Shown in pieces: positions 1 through 10,132 of a stretch of DNA of 64,000 nt (positions within the stretch are counted from its first letter, which is position 1; every line of letters begins with the position of its first letter). The notes beneath the pieces were generated by a model. That model made no database searches. It saw only the letters and a program-made list of their open reading frames with translations, and had not been told where the DNA came from. The stretch spans positions 8,828-72,827 of the forward strand of contig DATCSK010000027.1 of assembly GCA_036568505.1 (NCBI GenBank). Reading direction: 5' to 3'. The DNA is from Pseudomonadales bacterium (GTDB lineage Bacteria > Pseudomonadota > Gammaproteobacteria > Pseudomonadales > M0112). The position numbers and the translations under genes are program-made.

Positions 1-5
1 TATTT

Positions 6-656
6 GTGAATCGGGCCGGTCTGAAAGCAATCGACCTTTCCATTGAGCAAGCCGCCTACTATTTGCTCAATGGGCGCCTGAAAGCGCTGAACCATCAGCG
101 CCCTTTCAGCAAAGTCTATCTGCAGCAGACCGCTCAACTGTTGCAGCAATACGAAGCCTTCGTCGACCGCGATAAACTGGAACTGGAGCACGAACGCAAA
201 CGGGCAGAAAAAGAAGAGCGCGAGCGCATCGTGGCCGCTGAAAAAGCCCGCCGCGAAGCGGAGGAATCAGCCCGCCGTGAAGAATCGGCCCGATTGAAAG
301 CTGCCGAAGAGGCTCGCAAGGCAGAGGAACGCCGTCTCAACGAAACCATTGCCAAAGAACGCCTGGAGCTGGAGGCGATCGAGAAAGCCTACGTCGATGC
401 CATCAATGCCATGACACTGGGTACCTGGGTCCACTTTTTTGATGATCAGGGCGAGTCCACCGAATGCAATCTGGCCTTAAAAATGCGCTCGACCGACAAG
501 TACGTGTTCGTCAACCGGGCCGGCATTAAAGTGGCCGAGAAAAAAGGCCATGAGCTGCTGGCCTTGATGAAAGACGGTAAATTTGACATTGTGGACCAAG
601 CATCCATTGCCGACAGTGCCATACAGCGTTTGATCGGGTCACTGAAACGCGACTAA
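6..656 (+). CDS. C-terminal part of a DUF1631-like protein (5' end probably outside the window)
   Basis: The frame is open to the left window edge. A Glu/Arg/Ala-rich coiled segment is followed by GTWVHFFDD...KYVFVNRAGIKVAEK, which resembles the DUF1631 C-terminus as I recall it. Family call is from memory only. Confidence 0.45.
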   Translation: MNRAGLKAIDLSIEQAAYYLLNGRLKALNHQRPFSKVYLQQTAQLLQQYEAFVDRDKLELEHERKRAEKEERERIVAAEKARREAEESARREESARLKAAEEARKAEERRLNETIAKERLELEAIEKAYVDAINAMTLGTWVHFFDDQGESTECNLALKMRSTDKYVFVNRAGIKVAEKKGHELLALMKDGKFDIVDQASIADSAIQRLIGSLKRD

Positions 657-683
657 CCGGCACTCAACCCTTGAGAAAGCACC

Positions 684-1061
684 ATGACAACACCTCAAAA
701 CAGCCGCAGTGAGTTACGCTTGAAAGGCAACTTCACCGTACTCATTGAGACTTACTCTGCCGCGCCGGGTGATAACACGGCACCCAAAGTGGTTATTTGC
801 AGCACCATTGATATGTCTGCGAACGGCCTGATGATTTGCATGGATGAGGCGCTCACCCCCGAGGCCATTTTCCAACTCTATATTGAATCAAACGACCCGC
901 CCTACCGCTTTCATCTGGTCGGTGAAGTGCGCTGGTCTCGCCCTACCAACGACGGGCAATTCATGACCGGCTTTACGCTGTATGAATCAGAAGGCACCAA
1001 TATTGCCGAATGGAAGACCTTGGTTGCCAGTTTATTGGAAAAAAACGCACCGCTGGCCTGA
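684..1061 (+). CDS. PilZ domain protein (putative c-di-GMP binding)
   Basis: RxxxR motif (RSELR) lies about 30 aa before a DxSxxG motif (DMSANG). The 125 aa size is typical of a stand-alone PilZ protein. Confidence 0.6.
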   Translation: MTTPQNSRSELRLKGNFTVLIETYSAAPGDNTAPKVVICSTIDMSANGLMICMDEALTPEAIFQLYIESNDPPYRFHLVGEVRWSRPTNDGQFMTGFTLYESEGTNIAEWKTLVASLLEKNAPLA

Positions 1062-1065
1062 CCTG

Positions 1066-2145
1066 CTAGCGACCCTGTTGCTGCTCTCGCTTGAGCAAGC
1101 GCTTGTTGTAATCAAGCGCCGGTTTCTCCAGCCAATGCCAGCTGACATACGCCAATGCGGCAACCGTCGGCACGCTCAAGACCAAAACGCCCAGCGGACC
1201 AATCCCTGGCAGCAATGCAATCCAGCTTTGCTGCACGGGAAACGCATACACATAGGTGCCATACGAGAAGTCGCCCACGCGGTTATAGCCACGAATCCAG
1301 CCCTTGGGCACATACGCCACGTACAACAACCAGAAGGTCGCGGCGGCGGCCATAAAAAACGCGTGGAAATGCGTATTCTGCGTGACCCAGGCCAACGCCG
1401 ATAACAACAAGGCCACCAACAAGCCGCCCCGCCAGTCCATCGGTATCCAGCGCGCGTGCATCTGGAAAAACGCGCCCATAAAGAAATAAATGGAAATGCG
1501 CACAAACTGGTCGCGCTCGGTGACCTCACCGCCAAACCATTCCGGGCGAAAAAACACCGCGAAGTACCACGCCAGAAATCCCGCTGCACACACATAAAAC
1601 TTCCAGCGATGCCGTAACGCACCCACGCAGCCAATCAACGCTGCAATCGCATACATTTTTAATTCATAGCGCAACGTCCACAGCGAGCCATTCACCGCCG
1701 GCGGATCATACGGATTGCTTTCGAACACACCCGGCAAGTAATACATGGTTTTGGTAAGCAAAATATTTTTATAGATATAACGCCACACTTCGCCGTGTGA
1801 GAAATAATCGGCCAAACTCAGCGTGGTCATCAACGGCCCGATCATCAACGCGCCCAATACAACGGCGGCAATCAATGCCGGCATCAGGCGTAACATGCGC
1901 GCGCGCATAAAACGCATTAAATGCCCTTGGCGCACATAACTTTGGGTGATGAGAAAACCGCTAATGGCAAAAAAAAGATTCACCGCCATTTCACCAATCC
2001 AGAACATCGCGGGATAGACCGATGCGGCCTTGGCACCAATCAGCAAGCCAAAACAATGCGCCAACAACACAAAATAGGCAGCCCCCACCCGGATGAGCGA
2101 AAAATTATTGTCGTGCCCACGGGCAAGCTCTTCCAGACGAATCAC
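1066..2145 (-). CDS. Acyltransferase family 3 membrane O-acyltransferase
   Basis: N-terminus NNFSLIRVGAAYFVLLAHCF with conserved His. The protein is polytopic and hydrophobic throughout. The GTG start overlaps the upstream small ORF stop as GTGA. Confidence 0.75.
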   Translation of the reverse strand: MIRLEELARGHDNNFSLIRVGAAYFVLLAHCFGLLIGAKAASVYPAMFWIGEMAVNLFFAISGFLITQSYVRQGHLMRFMRARMLRLMPALIAAVVLGALMIGPLMTTLSLADYFSHGEVWRYIYKNILLTKTMYYLPGVFESNPYDPPAVNGSLWTLRYELKMYAIAALIGCVGALRHRWKFYVCAAGFLAWYFAVFFRPEWFGGEVTERDQFVRISIYFFMGAFFQMHARWIPMDWRGGLLVALLLSALAWVTQNTHFHAFFMAAAATFWLLYVAYVPKGWIRGYNRVGDFSYGTYVYAFPVQQSWIALLPGIGPLGVLVLSVPTVAALAYVSWHWLEKPALDYNKRLLKREQQQGR

Positions 2146-2330
2146 AATGCAGTCTCTCGTTCGGTGTCGCGCAAGCGACGCTCGGCGACACGCTCAAGCA
2201 CCATCGCCAGCACCAGAAACAACACCACCGGCCACCAGTTGATGTGATAGACCGCCTGCGCCAATAGCGGCACCGCCAACCAACCCAGCGTTGTTTCAAG
2301 GCGCGCTTCGATGCGACTCAAATCTTTCAT
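2142..2330 (-). CDS. Small hydrophobic protein (62 aa), hypothetical
   Basis: Its ATG overlaps the prfC stop (ATGA) and its stop overlaps the acyltransferase GTG (GTGA). It has two hydrophobic stretches. No homology recognised. Confidence 0.4.
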   Translation of the reverse strand: MKDLSRIEARLETTLGWLAVPLLAQAVYHINWWPVVLFLVLAMVLERVAERRLRDTERETAL

Positions 2331-3922
2331 GCTTCACCCGTCAAATGGTGCTCACGCGTTGCCGCAAACTCGATGTCCGTCCATTTTTCTTCTGCCAATG
2401 ACAAGTTCACGCGCGTTGGCGCCAGGTAGGCCAGGCAGCCACCGCCATCAACCGACAGATTTGCCGATGCTTTGCGGCGCAATTCTTCCAGCTTGCGAGG
2501 ATCTTTCGCCTTTAACCAACGCACGGTATACACATTCACCGGCTCATACGCGGCCTCAACCTTGTACTCATCTTTCAAGCGGAAAGCGACCACTTCAAAC
2601 TGCAACACACCCACCGCACCGACAATAATGTCGTTATTGTCCAGCGGAAAAAACACCTGCGTCGAACCCTCCTCAGAGAGCTCCTGCAAACCTTTGCGCA
2701 GCTGCTTCATCTTGAGCGGATCGCGCAAACGAATACGCCGGAACAATTCAGGCGCAAAATTAGGAATGCCGCTGAACTGCAGTGATTCCCCTTCGGTGAA
2801 GGTATCGCCAATCTGAATCGTGCCGTGGTTATGCAAACCAATGATGTCGCCGGCAACCGCTTCTTCAACGTTCTCGCGATCACCGGCCAGAAAGGTCACC
2901 GCATCGGCAATACGAATGGTTTTGCCTTGACGCACATGCAGCATTTTCATGCCGCGCTCGTAGCGACCCGAGCAAATACGCAAAAACGCAATACGGTCAC
3001 GATGCCGCGGATCCATATTGGCCTGAATCTTGAACACAAACCCGCTAAACGCAGATTCATGGGCATCCACCTCGCGCGTGAAGGTCGCGCGCGGCAAGGG
3101 CGATGGCGCCCATTCCACAAAACCATCGAGCATTTCACGCACCCCGAAATTGCCCATGGCCGTGCCAAAAAATACCGGCGTTTGTCGACCTTCCAGATAC
3201 GCCTGCTGATCAAACGCGTGACTCGCACCGCGCACCAGTTCGATTTCATCCAGCAGGGGTTGGTATTCATCGCCCAAGGCTTGCTTTGCCTCATCGGAGA
3301 ACAGCCCTTGAATGCGCCGATCGTCCGGGATGCGGCTCCCCTGCCCCGGGGTATACAGGTGCACGGTGTCGGTATAGAGGTTATAAACGCCACGAAAGAA
3401 CGTGCTCATGCCAATGGGCCAGTTAATCGGTGCCGCTTCAATTTTAAGGACCGCTTCGATTTCATCGAACAGATCGATGGGGTCACGAATGTCACGATCC
3501 ATCTTGTTGATAAAACTGAGGATCGGTGTATCACGCAGGCGGCACACATCCATCAGTTTGATCGTGCGTTCTTCGACACCTTTGGCACCATCAATCACCA
3601 TCAAGGCCGAATCGACCGCTGTCAGGGTGCGATAAGTGTCTTCAGAAAAGTCCTCGTGACCGGGGGTATCCAGCAAATTCACCATGCGACCGGCATACGG
3701 AAACTGCATCACCGAGGAGGTCACCGAAATACCGCGCTGCTGCTCCATGGCCATCCAGTCGGAGGTTGCGGCCCGATCGGTCTTTTTGCCTTTCACCATG
3801 CCGGCGACCTGAATCGCCTGTCCGAACAACAGCAGCTTTTCAGTCAGCGTGGTTTTGCCCGCATCCGGGTGCGAAATAATGGCGAAGGTGCGTCGTAACG
3901 ACACCGATTGGGATTCTGTCAT
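2327..3922 (-). CDS. prfC: Peptide chain release factor 3
   Basis: GTPase G1 motif [19 protein letters not shown]. The 531 aa length is RF3-like along the whole protein. Confidence 0.95.
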   Translation of the reverse strand: MTESQSVSLRRTFAIISHPDAGKTTLTEKLLLFGQAIQVAGMVKGKKTDRAATSDWMAMEQQRGISVTSSVMQFPYAGRMVNLLDTPGHEDFSEDTYRTLTAVDSALMVIDGAKGVEERTIKLMDVCRLRDTPILSFINKMDRDIRDPIDLFDEIEAVLKIEAAPINWPIGMSTFFRGVYNLYTDTVHLYTPGQGSRIPDDRRIQGLFSDEAKQALGDEYQPLLDEIELVRGASHAFDQQAYLEGRQTPVFFGTAMGNFGVREMLDGFVEWAPSPLPRATFTREVDAHESAFSGFVFKIQANMDPRHRDRIAFLRICSGRYERGMKMLHVRQGKTIRIADAVTFLAGDRENVEEAVAGDIIGLHNHGTIQIGDTFTEGESLQFSGIPNFAPELFRRIRLRDPLKMKQLRKGLQELSEEGSTQVFFPLDNNDIIVGAVGVLQFEVVAFRLKDEYKVEAAYEPVNVYTVRWLKAKDPRKLEELRRKASANLSVDGGGCLAYLAPTRVNLSLAEEKWTDIEFAATREHHLTGEA

Positions 3923-4047
3923 GCAAACGCCACGTCAAATGTTTCAGGAAACCGCTGCATTATACGGGCATGTCCGGTTGGCTTCACACTACCTTGCCCG
4001 TATGCAGGTGCTATGCCAAGATGCGGACAGCATCAATGGGGAAGCAC

Positions 4048-4365
4048 ATGTTCTGGAAACGCAAAAAACAGCCCGCCATCACCGGCCCTGACGAGCAACC
4101 ACTGTACGAATGCAATCCCGCCGATCTGGATCTGGAAATGCTGCACCACCTGCAAGCCGGACTCACCGCGAAACTGTTGATGGCCAACCGCGAGATCGTC
4201 ACCCACTATGAGCAGGTACTCACACAAGCCGGTGCGGAATCCCTACAGGATACCCGCACCACGGAGCTGGCCGAACTCACCGAACGCCTGAAAAAAATCA
4301 ACGTGGTACTGGAAAGCGAGCTCGCCCGCTTCCAGAAAGGCTTTACGCAACCCACCCGCCACTAG
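4048..4365 (+). CDS. Hypothetical protein (105 aa)
   Basis: Internal ATG preceded by GGGGAAG. The helical, charged C-terminal half reads as coding. No family recognised, and the longer track start at 3970 has no RBS. Confidence 0.35.
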   Translation: MFWKRKKQPAITGPDEQPLYECNPADLDLEMLHHLQAGLTAKLLMANREIVTHYEQVLTQAGAESLQDTRTTELAELTERLKKINVVLESELARFQKGFTQPTRH

Positions 4366-4368
4366 GCG

Positions 4369-5622
4369 CTATTTCAGCTTGCGGCCTTTGCTGGCGGCGA
4401 TACGAAGCCGTAAAGCATTCAGGCGAATAAACCCTTCAGCATCTTTCTGGTTGTAGGCGCCGGCATCGTCTTCAAACGTGGCAATCGTGGCATCAAACAA
4501 CGAATCATCCGACTGGCGGCCGGCCACAATCACGTTACCCTTGTACAGCTTCAGGCGCACCACGCCATTGACCTGCAACTGCGACTCATCAATGAGGTTT
4601 TGCAGCAGCAAACGCTCAGGGCTCCACCAGTAACCGTTATAAATCAGGCTCGCATAGCGCGGCATCAACTCGTCTTTCATGTGCGCGACTTCGCGATCGA
4701 GCGTTAACGATTCAATCGCCCGATGCGCTTTCAGCATGATGGTGCCACCCGGCGTTTCGTAACAACCGCGCGATTTCATGCCCACATAGCGGTTTTCAAC
4801 CAGATCCAGGCGGCCGATACCGTGTTTACCGCCGATCTCATTCAACTTGGCCAGCACTTTGGCGGCGGATAATTTCTTGCCATTGATTGCAACGATATCG
4901 CCTTTGCGATAGGTCAGTTCAATGTATTCCGGCTGATCGGGCGCGGCTTCTGGCGAAACACTCCAGCGCCACATGTCTTCTTCCGGTTCTTTCCAGGGGT
5001 TTTCCAGAATGTCGCCTTCATAGGAAATATGCAGCAGATTGGCATCCATCGAATACGGCGACTTTTTACCCGCTTTGGCAAAGTCGACCGGGATTTTGTG
5101 TTTTTTGGCATACGCCATCAGCGTTTCACGCGAGGTCAAATCCCACTCACGCCACGGCGCGATCACTTTAACGCCCGGTTTTAATGCATAGGCTCCCAGT
5201 TCAAACCGCACCTGATCATTGCCCTTGCCGGTCGCGCCGTGCGAAATCGCATCAGCGCCCGTTTCATTCGCAATGTCGATCAAGCGTTTGGCAATCAATG
5301 GCCGTGCAATCGAGGTGCCCAGCAAATATTCGCCTTCGTACACGGTGTTGGCACGAAACATCGGAAACACAAAGTCACGGACGAATTCTTCACGAAGGTC
5401 ATCAATATAGATCTGCTTGACGCCCATCGCTTTCGCTTTGGCACGCGCCGGCTCGACTTCTTCGCCCTGGCCGATATCGGCCGTGAAGGTAACGACTTCG
5501 CAGTTGTAGGTGTCCTGAAGCCACTGAACAATGACCGAGGTATCCAAACCGCCGGAGTAAGCCAACACGACTTTTTTGATGGATGGGACTTTCTTGCTGG
5601 AGGATTTCTTGCTGACTGCCAT
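4369..5622 (-). CDS. argG: Argininosuccinate synthase
   Basis: ATP-binding motif [17 protein letters not shown] and typical length. Confidence 0.95.
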   Translation of the reverse strand: MAVSKKSSSKKVPSIKKVVLAYSGGLDTSVIVQWLQDTYNCEVVTFTADIGQGEEVEPARAKAKAMGVKQIYIDDLREEFVRDFVFPMFRANTVYEGEYLLGTSIARPLIAKRLIDIANETGADAISHGATGKGNDQVRFELGAYALKPGVKVIAPWREWDLTSRETLMAYAKKHKIPVDFAKAGKKSPYSMDANLLHISYEGDILENPWKEPEEDMWRWSVSPEAAPDQPEYIELTYRKGDIVAINGKKLSAAKVLAKLNEIGGKHGIGRLDLVENRYVGMKSRGCYETPGGTIMLKAHRAIESLTLDREVAHMKDELMPRYASLIYNGYWWSPERLLLQNLIDESQLQVNGVVRLKLYKGNVIVAGRQSDDSLFDATIATFEDDAGAYNQKDAEGFIRLNALRLRIAASKGRKLK

Positions 5623-5717
5623 GGGGCGCTCCGTCGGGGCCGATCAAACGAGGGGTGCATTCTAACCGCCCGCCCTTTCAACGACAATTAAAGCCGCTTA
5701 CGGTACACTTTGCGCCC

Positions 5718-6761
5718 ATGGATACCCTGACCATTACCCGCCCCGATGACTGGCACGTGCATTTTCGTGATGGTACCGCTTTGGGCGACACGGTAGCCGC
5801 CACGGCCCGCCAATTCGCCCGCGCCATCGCGATGCCCAACCTGAGGCCCCCGGTATTAACCACCGCAGACGCTGCTGCCTATCGTCAGCGCATGCTCGAT
5901 GCACTCAAGCAGAGCGCTCCCGAGCTTGCCTTTGACCCCCTGATGACGCTGTACCTGACCGACAAGACGCCGGCAGACGAAATTCAGCGGGCCCGCGATA
6001 GCGGCTTTGTGCATGCGGTCAAATACTACCCGGCCGGCGCCACCACCAACTCCGACAGCGGCGTCACCGCACTGGAAAAAGCATACCCCGCCATTGAGGC
6101 CATGGCCGACTGTGGCATGCCGCTGCTATTGCACGGCGAAGTCACTGACAGCAGCGCGGACATCTTCGACCGCGAGCGCATATTCGTCGACACGCATTTG
6201 CGCACCTTGATGGCACGCTTTCCTGCCTTAAAAGTCGTGCTGGAACACATTACGACCGGTGAAGCGGCCGATTTTGTACGCTCCGGTCCTGCGACACTGG
6301 CGGCGACCATTACACCGCATCACCTGCTCTACAATCGCAACCACCTGTTAGCCGGCGGCATACGACCCCATTTGTACTGCCTGCCCATACTCAAGCGCGA
6401 CACGCACCAGCAAGCGCTCATCGCTGCAGCCACCAGCGGCAATCCGAAGTTTTTTCTGGGCACGGATTCCGCTCCGCATGCCCGTCATAGCAAGGAATGC
6501 GCTTGCGGCTGCGCCGGCATTTATTCAGCGCACATTGCATTGGAGTTGTACGCCGAGGTATTCGATCGGGCCGGTGCACTCGACAAACTCGAAGGCTTTG
6601 CCAGCCATTTTGGCGCTGATTTTTATGGCCTGCCCCGCAATACCGATCGCATCACCTTAAAACGCGAGTCACAGACCGTTCCTGCGACACTGACCTTGGG
6701 CAACGATACATTGATTCCATTGCGTGCAGGCGAGCGTATTGATTGGCGCATCAGCCAGTGA
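5718..6761 (+). CDS. pyrC: Dihydroorotase, homodimeric type
   Basis: [10 protein letters not shown] and [13 protein letters not shown] metal-ligand motifs. Start set at [13 protein letters not shown]. Confidence 0.9.
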   Translation: MDTLTITRPDDWHVHFRDGTALGDTVAATARQFARAIAMPNLRPPVLTTADAAAYRQRMLDALKQSAPELAFDPLMTLYLTDKTPADEIQRARDSGFVHAVKYYPAGATTNSDSGVTALEKAYPAIEAMADCGMPLLLHGEVTDSSADIFDRERIFVDTHLRTLMARFPALKVVLEHITTGEAADFVRSGPATLAATITPHHLLYNRNHLLAGGIRPHLYCLPILKRDTHQQALIAAATSGNPKFFLGTDSAPHARHSKECACGCAGIYSAHIALELYAEVFDRAGALDKLEGFASHFGADFYGLPRNTDRITLKRESQTVPATLTLGNDTLIPLRAGERIDWRISQ

Positions 6762-7393
6762 CCGAGCCCGACATCGCAACACCGCATCCCTTATCGCAGC
6801 GTTTCCGCGGTTTTTACCCGGTCGTGATTGACATTGAAACCACCGGATTTGATTGCCAGCAGCACGGCATTCTTGAAATCAGCGCCGCCCTGCCCAGCAT
6901 GGATGAATCAGGCCGCTTGATCATCAAAGACGTACTGGATTTCGCGATTATCCCGCATCGCGATGCCGTGATTGATCCGTCATCCATCGCCTTTCACGGC
7001 ATTGACCCGGCCGACCCCGATCGACACGCCCGACCCGAAGCCGATGCCTTTTGCGAGATGCTGCAAGCCGTACGGCTCGCACAGAAACAACACGACTGCC
7101 AACGCAGCATTCTGGTCGCGCACAATGCGCAATTCGACCAAGGCTTCTTGCGCGCGGCGATTGCCCGCAACCAGATCAAACGCGATCCGTTTCATCCCTT
7201 TTCAAGCTTCGATACTGCCACATTAGCCGCTTTGGCCTGCGGGCAAACGGTGCTGGCAAAAGCTTGCGAATACGCCGGTATTGATTTCAACAATAGCGAC
7301 GCGCATTCCGCTGCCTACGACACGCGCCGAACCGCCGAACTGTTTTGCTGGATTGTGAACCGCTGGACCGACCTTAGCGAAGGTCGCGGGTAA
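6758..7393 (+). CDS. rnt: Ribonuclease T
   Basis: DEDDh exonuclease motifs [10 protein letters not shown] and [16 protein letters not shown]. The GTG start overlaps the pyrC stop (GTGA) and gives an N-terminus of E. coli-like length before RFRGFYP. Confidence 0.85.
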   Translation: MTEPDIATPHPLSQRFRGFYPVVIDIETTGFDCQQHGILEISAALPSMDESGRLIIKDVLDFAIIPHRDAVIDPSSIAFHGIDPADPDRHARPEADAFCEMLQAVRLAQKQHDCQRSILVAHNAQFDQGFLRAAIARNQIKRDPFHPFSSFDTATLAALACGQTVLAKACEYAGIDFNNSDAHSAAYDTRRTAELFCWIVNRWTDLSEGRG

Positions 7394-7394
7394 T

Positions 7395-8027
7395 TTAAAA
7401 TTTATCGGGAAAATTTAACTCGCAAAGTGCTCGCAATTCTTTTTTTCCAATCACCTCAATACGATGATTTTCCTTCTCTTTCCACTCCGCAATATTCGCT
7501 TTCAATGCCGTTAAGTCCGGCACATCACCCTTGAACGCAACGCTGACAATGTTGCGTGGAAAATCATCTTTACCGCAATAATCAACGATCGACACATCAA
7601 ACGGCTTGAGTAATGACTCCAGGCCTTTCGGAGTAAATCGCCAATAATCCTCCGGATAACCATGGATCAAAAAATTCATGACCGATGTCACAATGGCCAT
7701 GCCGGGCGATGCCAGAACGCGATGAATTTCAGACAATGCCAGCCAAGGGTATTCCACGTGCTCAATCGTATCGACGCAAATTACCGTGCCCACCGAATGA
7801 TCGGGTAAATCCAGCGCATGCAGGTTCTGCAAGGAGTCCACTCCCGGACCTGCGCGCATATCACAACCGACATACTCAAGCCCAAGACCCGTTATGCATT
7901 CTCGGAAATTCGTGGCGCCATGCAGCGTTGGCGTATCAATCTCCATGGAGCCAAATTCGTATACCGGCCCCTTGGGTGGCATAGCCTGAAGCACTGCCTC
8001 GACGTAATTTCTGATCACCGGCCTCAT
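7395..8027 (-). CDS. Class I SAM-dependent methyltransferase
   Basis: Methyltransf_11-like blocks YEFGS...VGCDMRAGPGVD...DHSVGTVICVDTIEHVEYP. The gene is visibly more AT-rich than its neighbours. Confidence 0.65.
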   Translation of the reverse strand: MRPVIRNYVEAVLQAMPPKGPVYEFGSMEIDTPTLHGATNFRECITGLGLEYVGCDMRAGPGVDSLQNLHALDLPDHSVGTVICVDTIEHVEYPWLALSEIHRVLASPGMAIVTSVMNFLIHGYPEDYWRFTPKGLESLLKPFDVSIVDYCGKDDFPRNIVSVAFKGDVPDLTALKANIAEWKEKENHRIEVIGKKELRALCELNFPDKF

Positions 8028-8066
8028 GTCTGAGCCTCGCCTATCGTTATTCCCGTAACATACGCG

Positions 8067-8097
8067 AAAAAAAACGCGGGCAACAGCCCGCGTTTTT
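8067..8097 (-). terminator. Intrinsic terminator after the peroxiredoxin gene (bidirectional shape)
   Basis: A8-CGCGGG-caacag-CCCGCG-T5. Read on the minus strand, the hairpin is followed by a T-run. Confidence 0.75.
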
Positions 8098-8111
8098 CAA
8101 ATCCGTACCGA

Positions 8112-8714
8112 TTAGAGCTTATCAGCATTCTGCGACAGGTACTCGGCCACGCCGGCAGGTGATGCTTTCATACCTTTGTCACCTTGTTTCCAACCGGCAG
8201 GGCAGACTTCACCGTGCTCCTCATGGAACTGCAGGGCTTCAACCAAACGAATCACTTCATCAAAGTTACGGCCCAATGGCAGATCGTTGATGATTTGTGA
8301 ACGCACCATGCCTTTCTTATCAATGATAAACGCACCGCGGAACGCCACACCACCGGCAGCTTCAACATCATAAGCACGGCAAATATCGTGGTTGATGTCA
8401 GCGGCCATGGTGTATTTCACCGGACCAATACCGCCATCATTGATGGCCGTATTACGCCACGCATTGTGCGTAAAATGCGAGTCAATCGACACACCAATGA
8501 CTTCTACACCCAACTTCTTAAACGCATCCATACGGTGATCGACGGCGATCAACTCGGACGGGCATACGAAAGTGAAATCCAATGGCCAGAAAAACACCAA
8601 ACCGTACTTGCCATCAATGGTCTTTTTCAGATTAAAATCAGCAACGATCTTGCCGTCACCGAGCACTGCATTACAGGTAAAATCGGGCGCTGGCTTACCA
8701 ACTAAAACACCCAT
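8112..8714 (-). CDS. Typical 2-Cys peroxiredoxin (AhpC/Tsa family)
   Basis: Peroxidatic Cys in FWPLDFTFVCPSE and resolving Cys in HGEVCPAGW. Start set at MGVLVGKPAPDF, preceded by GGAGG. Confidence 0.9.
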   Translation of the reverse strand: MGVLVGKPAPDFTCNAVLGDGKIVADFNLKKTIDGKYGLVFFWPLDFTFVCPSELIAVDHRMDAFKKLGVEVIGVSIDSHFTHNAWRNTAINDGGIGPVKYTMAADINHDICRAYDVEAAGGVAFRGAFIIDKKGMVRSQIINDLPLGRNFDEVIRLVEALQFHEEHGEVCPAGWKQGDKGMKASPAGVAEYLSQNADKL

Positions 8715-8837
8715 GTTGACCTCCATTTTCAGGTTACTTGAACCGCCTGCCTTGATGGCCGACAGCGTTAAAAGGGCGTTCATCATACACCGCTCACCAC
8801 GGCATTCACACCCCGAAAATCCCTGCAAACTCAAGGC

Positions 8838-9569
8838 CTAGCAGTTTTTCCGGCGAGAACCCCAAACAAACAACCCAGAGATTCCCAGTAGCAGCATGGC
8901 CACCCCGGAAAGATCCATGAGCAATACCGTGAACTGCCCGAACAGGCGTCCGCTGTGCAAATCCAGGATGACCTGCTCCACGGTCAGGGTCGAACCTGCG
9001 GGAATATCCGGCACGCCGGGCACGCCGCGAACCTGCGTTACGACGACCACCCATGCCGGCTCCTGCCCTTCTGCCGGTGTGAATGACAGGTGCTCCGCAT
9101 CGAAAATCCACGCCTGCCCGTCCATCAACACCTGCACAATACCGTCACGGGCAGCAACGGCCTCCACCGTCCCGGGCAGTCCGTGCTCAGGACCAATGCG
9201 CTCCAACAACTGGTCACTGCCATCAAATATCCACAGCGCATTACCGCAAGCAGCCATCCAACCTTGCGGCAGACCGACTGCACCGGCAAACCAGTCACCA
9301 CACTGCACCGTGAAATGTGTGCCGCGATACAGCCGGTCTACGCCATCGTGCACCACGGGTGTGTCACCCAACATCGCGATCGATACACTTGGCGGCTCGA
9401 TGCCGTATAACGCCAACAACCACGATTGATGCACTGTCACACCCAAACCCAAGCCTTTGGTATGGTTGAGTGCGATACCGGTTATCGACACCACCATAAT
9501 GAAGGCGACCGCCATCAAACCCACCCGTCGATGCCAGCGCAACAAGAAGCCGCGCACAACCGGTTTCAT
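8838..9569 (-). CDS. PepSY-associated TM helix family membrane protein
   Basis: LRWHRRVGLMAVAFIMVVSITGIALNH near the N-terminus and DLHSGRLFG plus a final TM helix at the C-terminus. The ATG overlaps the upstream stop (ATGA). Confidence 0.7.
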   Translation of the reverse strand: MKPVVRGFLLRWHRRVGLMAVAFIMVVSITGIALNHTKGLGLGVTVHQSWLLALYGIEPPSVSIAMLGDTPVVHDGVDRLYRGTHFTVQCGDWFAGAVGLPQGWMAACGNALWIFDGSDQLLERIGPEHGLPGTVEAVAARDGIVQVLMDGQAWIFDAEHLSFTPAEGQEPAWVVVVTQVRGVPGVPDIPAGSTLTVEQVILDLHSGRLFGQFTVLLMDLSGVAMLLLGISGLFVWGSRRKNC

Positions 9570-10066
9570 GGTGTACGTCCTGCGCTGACCCGCGCATCCA
9601 GATACAGCGCCAGCCTCGCTACATTGCGCACGGCACGCACTGATAATGTGGCGCCACTGATGCCATCGATGGAGCGATCCAATTGCTGCTCATGCAATGT
9701 CGCACCCTGAAATTGCTTGGTAAAAAACGGATAGCGCACCTCACCACCGCGGCTTTCCCGATACTCTAAAACCTTCACGCGTGTGATCGCACCCGCACGG
9801 ACCACAACACCCACCGTGATCGGTCGCTCTTTGCCGATCTCATCCATGATCCACACTGTTCCGCCGTCAACCGGCCAATAACGTAAACGCAAATAGCCCG
9901 GAGCATGCCCCAGGATTTCAGTGCCCATGTCGCGATCAGCGCCATCAAGCCACCACTGCAAAGGTTCACCGGCTGACTCACTGGCGAGGAAGCGCTGAGT
10001 AGCCGATGCCAGATCCGCCTGTGATAACGCGGGCAGTAACAGCATGAGCAACAAAACATAACGCAT
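9566..10066 (-). CDS. Secreted FMN-binding domain protein
   Basis: Signal peptide MRYVLLLMLLLPALSQA. IDGISGATLSVRAV contains the [S/T]GA[T/S] flavinylation-type motif of FMN_bind domains. AGGAG lies upstream of the ATG. Confidence 0.7.
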   Translation of the reverse strand: MRYVLLLMLLLPALSQADLASATQRFLASESAGEPLQWWLDGADRDMGTEILGHAPGYLRLRYWPVDGGTVWIMDEIGKERPITVGVVVRAGAITRVKVLEYRESRGGEVRYPFFTKQFQGATLHEQQLDRSIDGISGATLSVRAVRNVARLALYLDARVSAGRTP

Positions 10067-10132
10067 ACACACTCCTGAAAAAAACACGCGACAGGAAATC
10101 CCGCCGCGTGTGATTTATCAAAACCCCTGTAA

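Noticed and set aside
2825-3898. 357-aa ORF antisense to prfC
   Set aside because: It lies entirely inside prfC, whose GTPase motifs are unambiguous. Long antisense ORFs are expected at this GC content.
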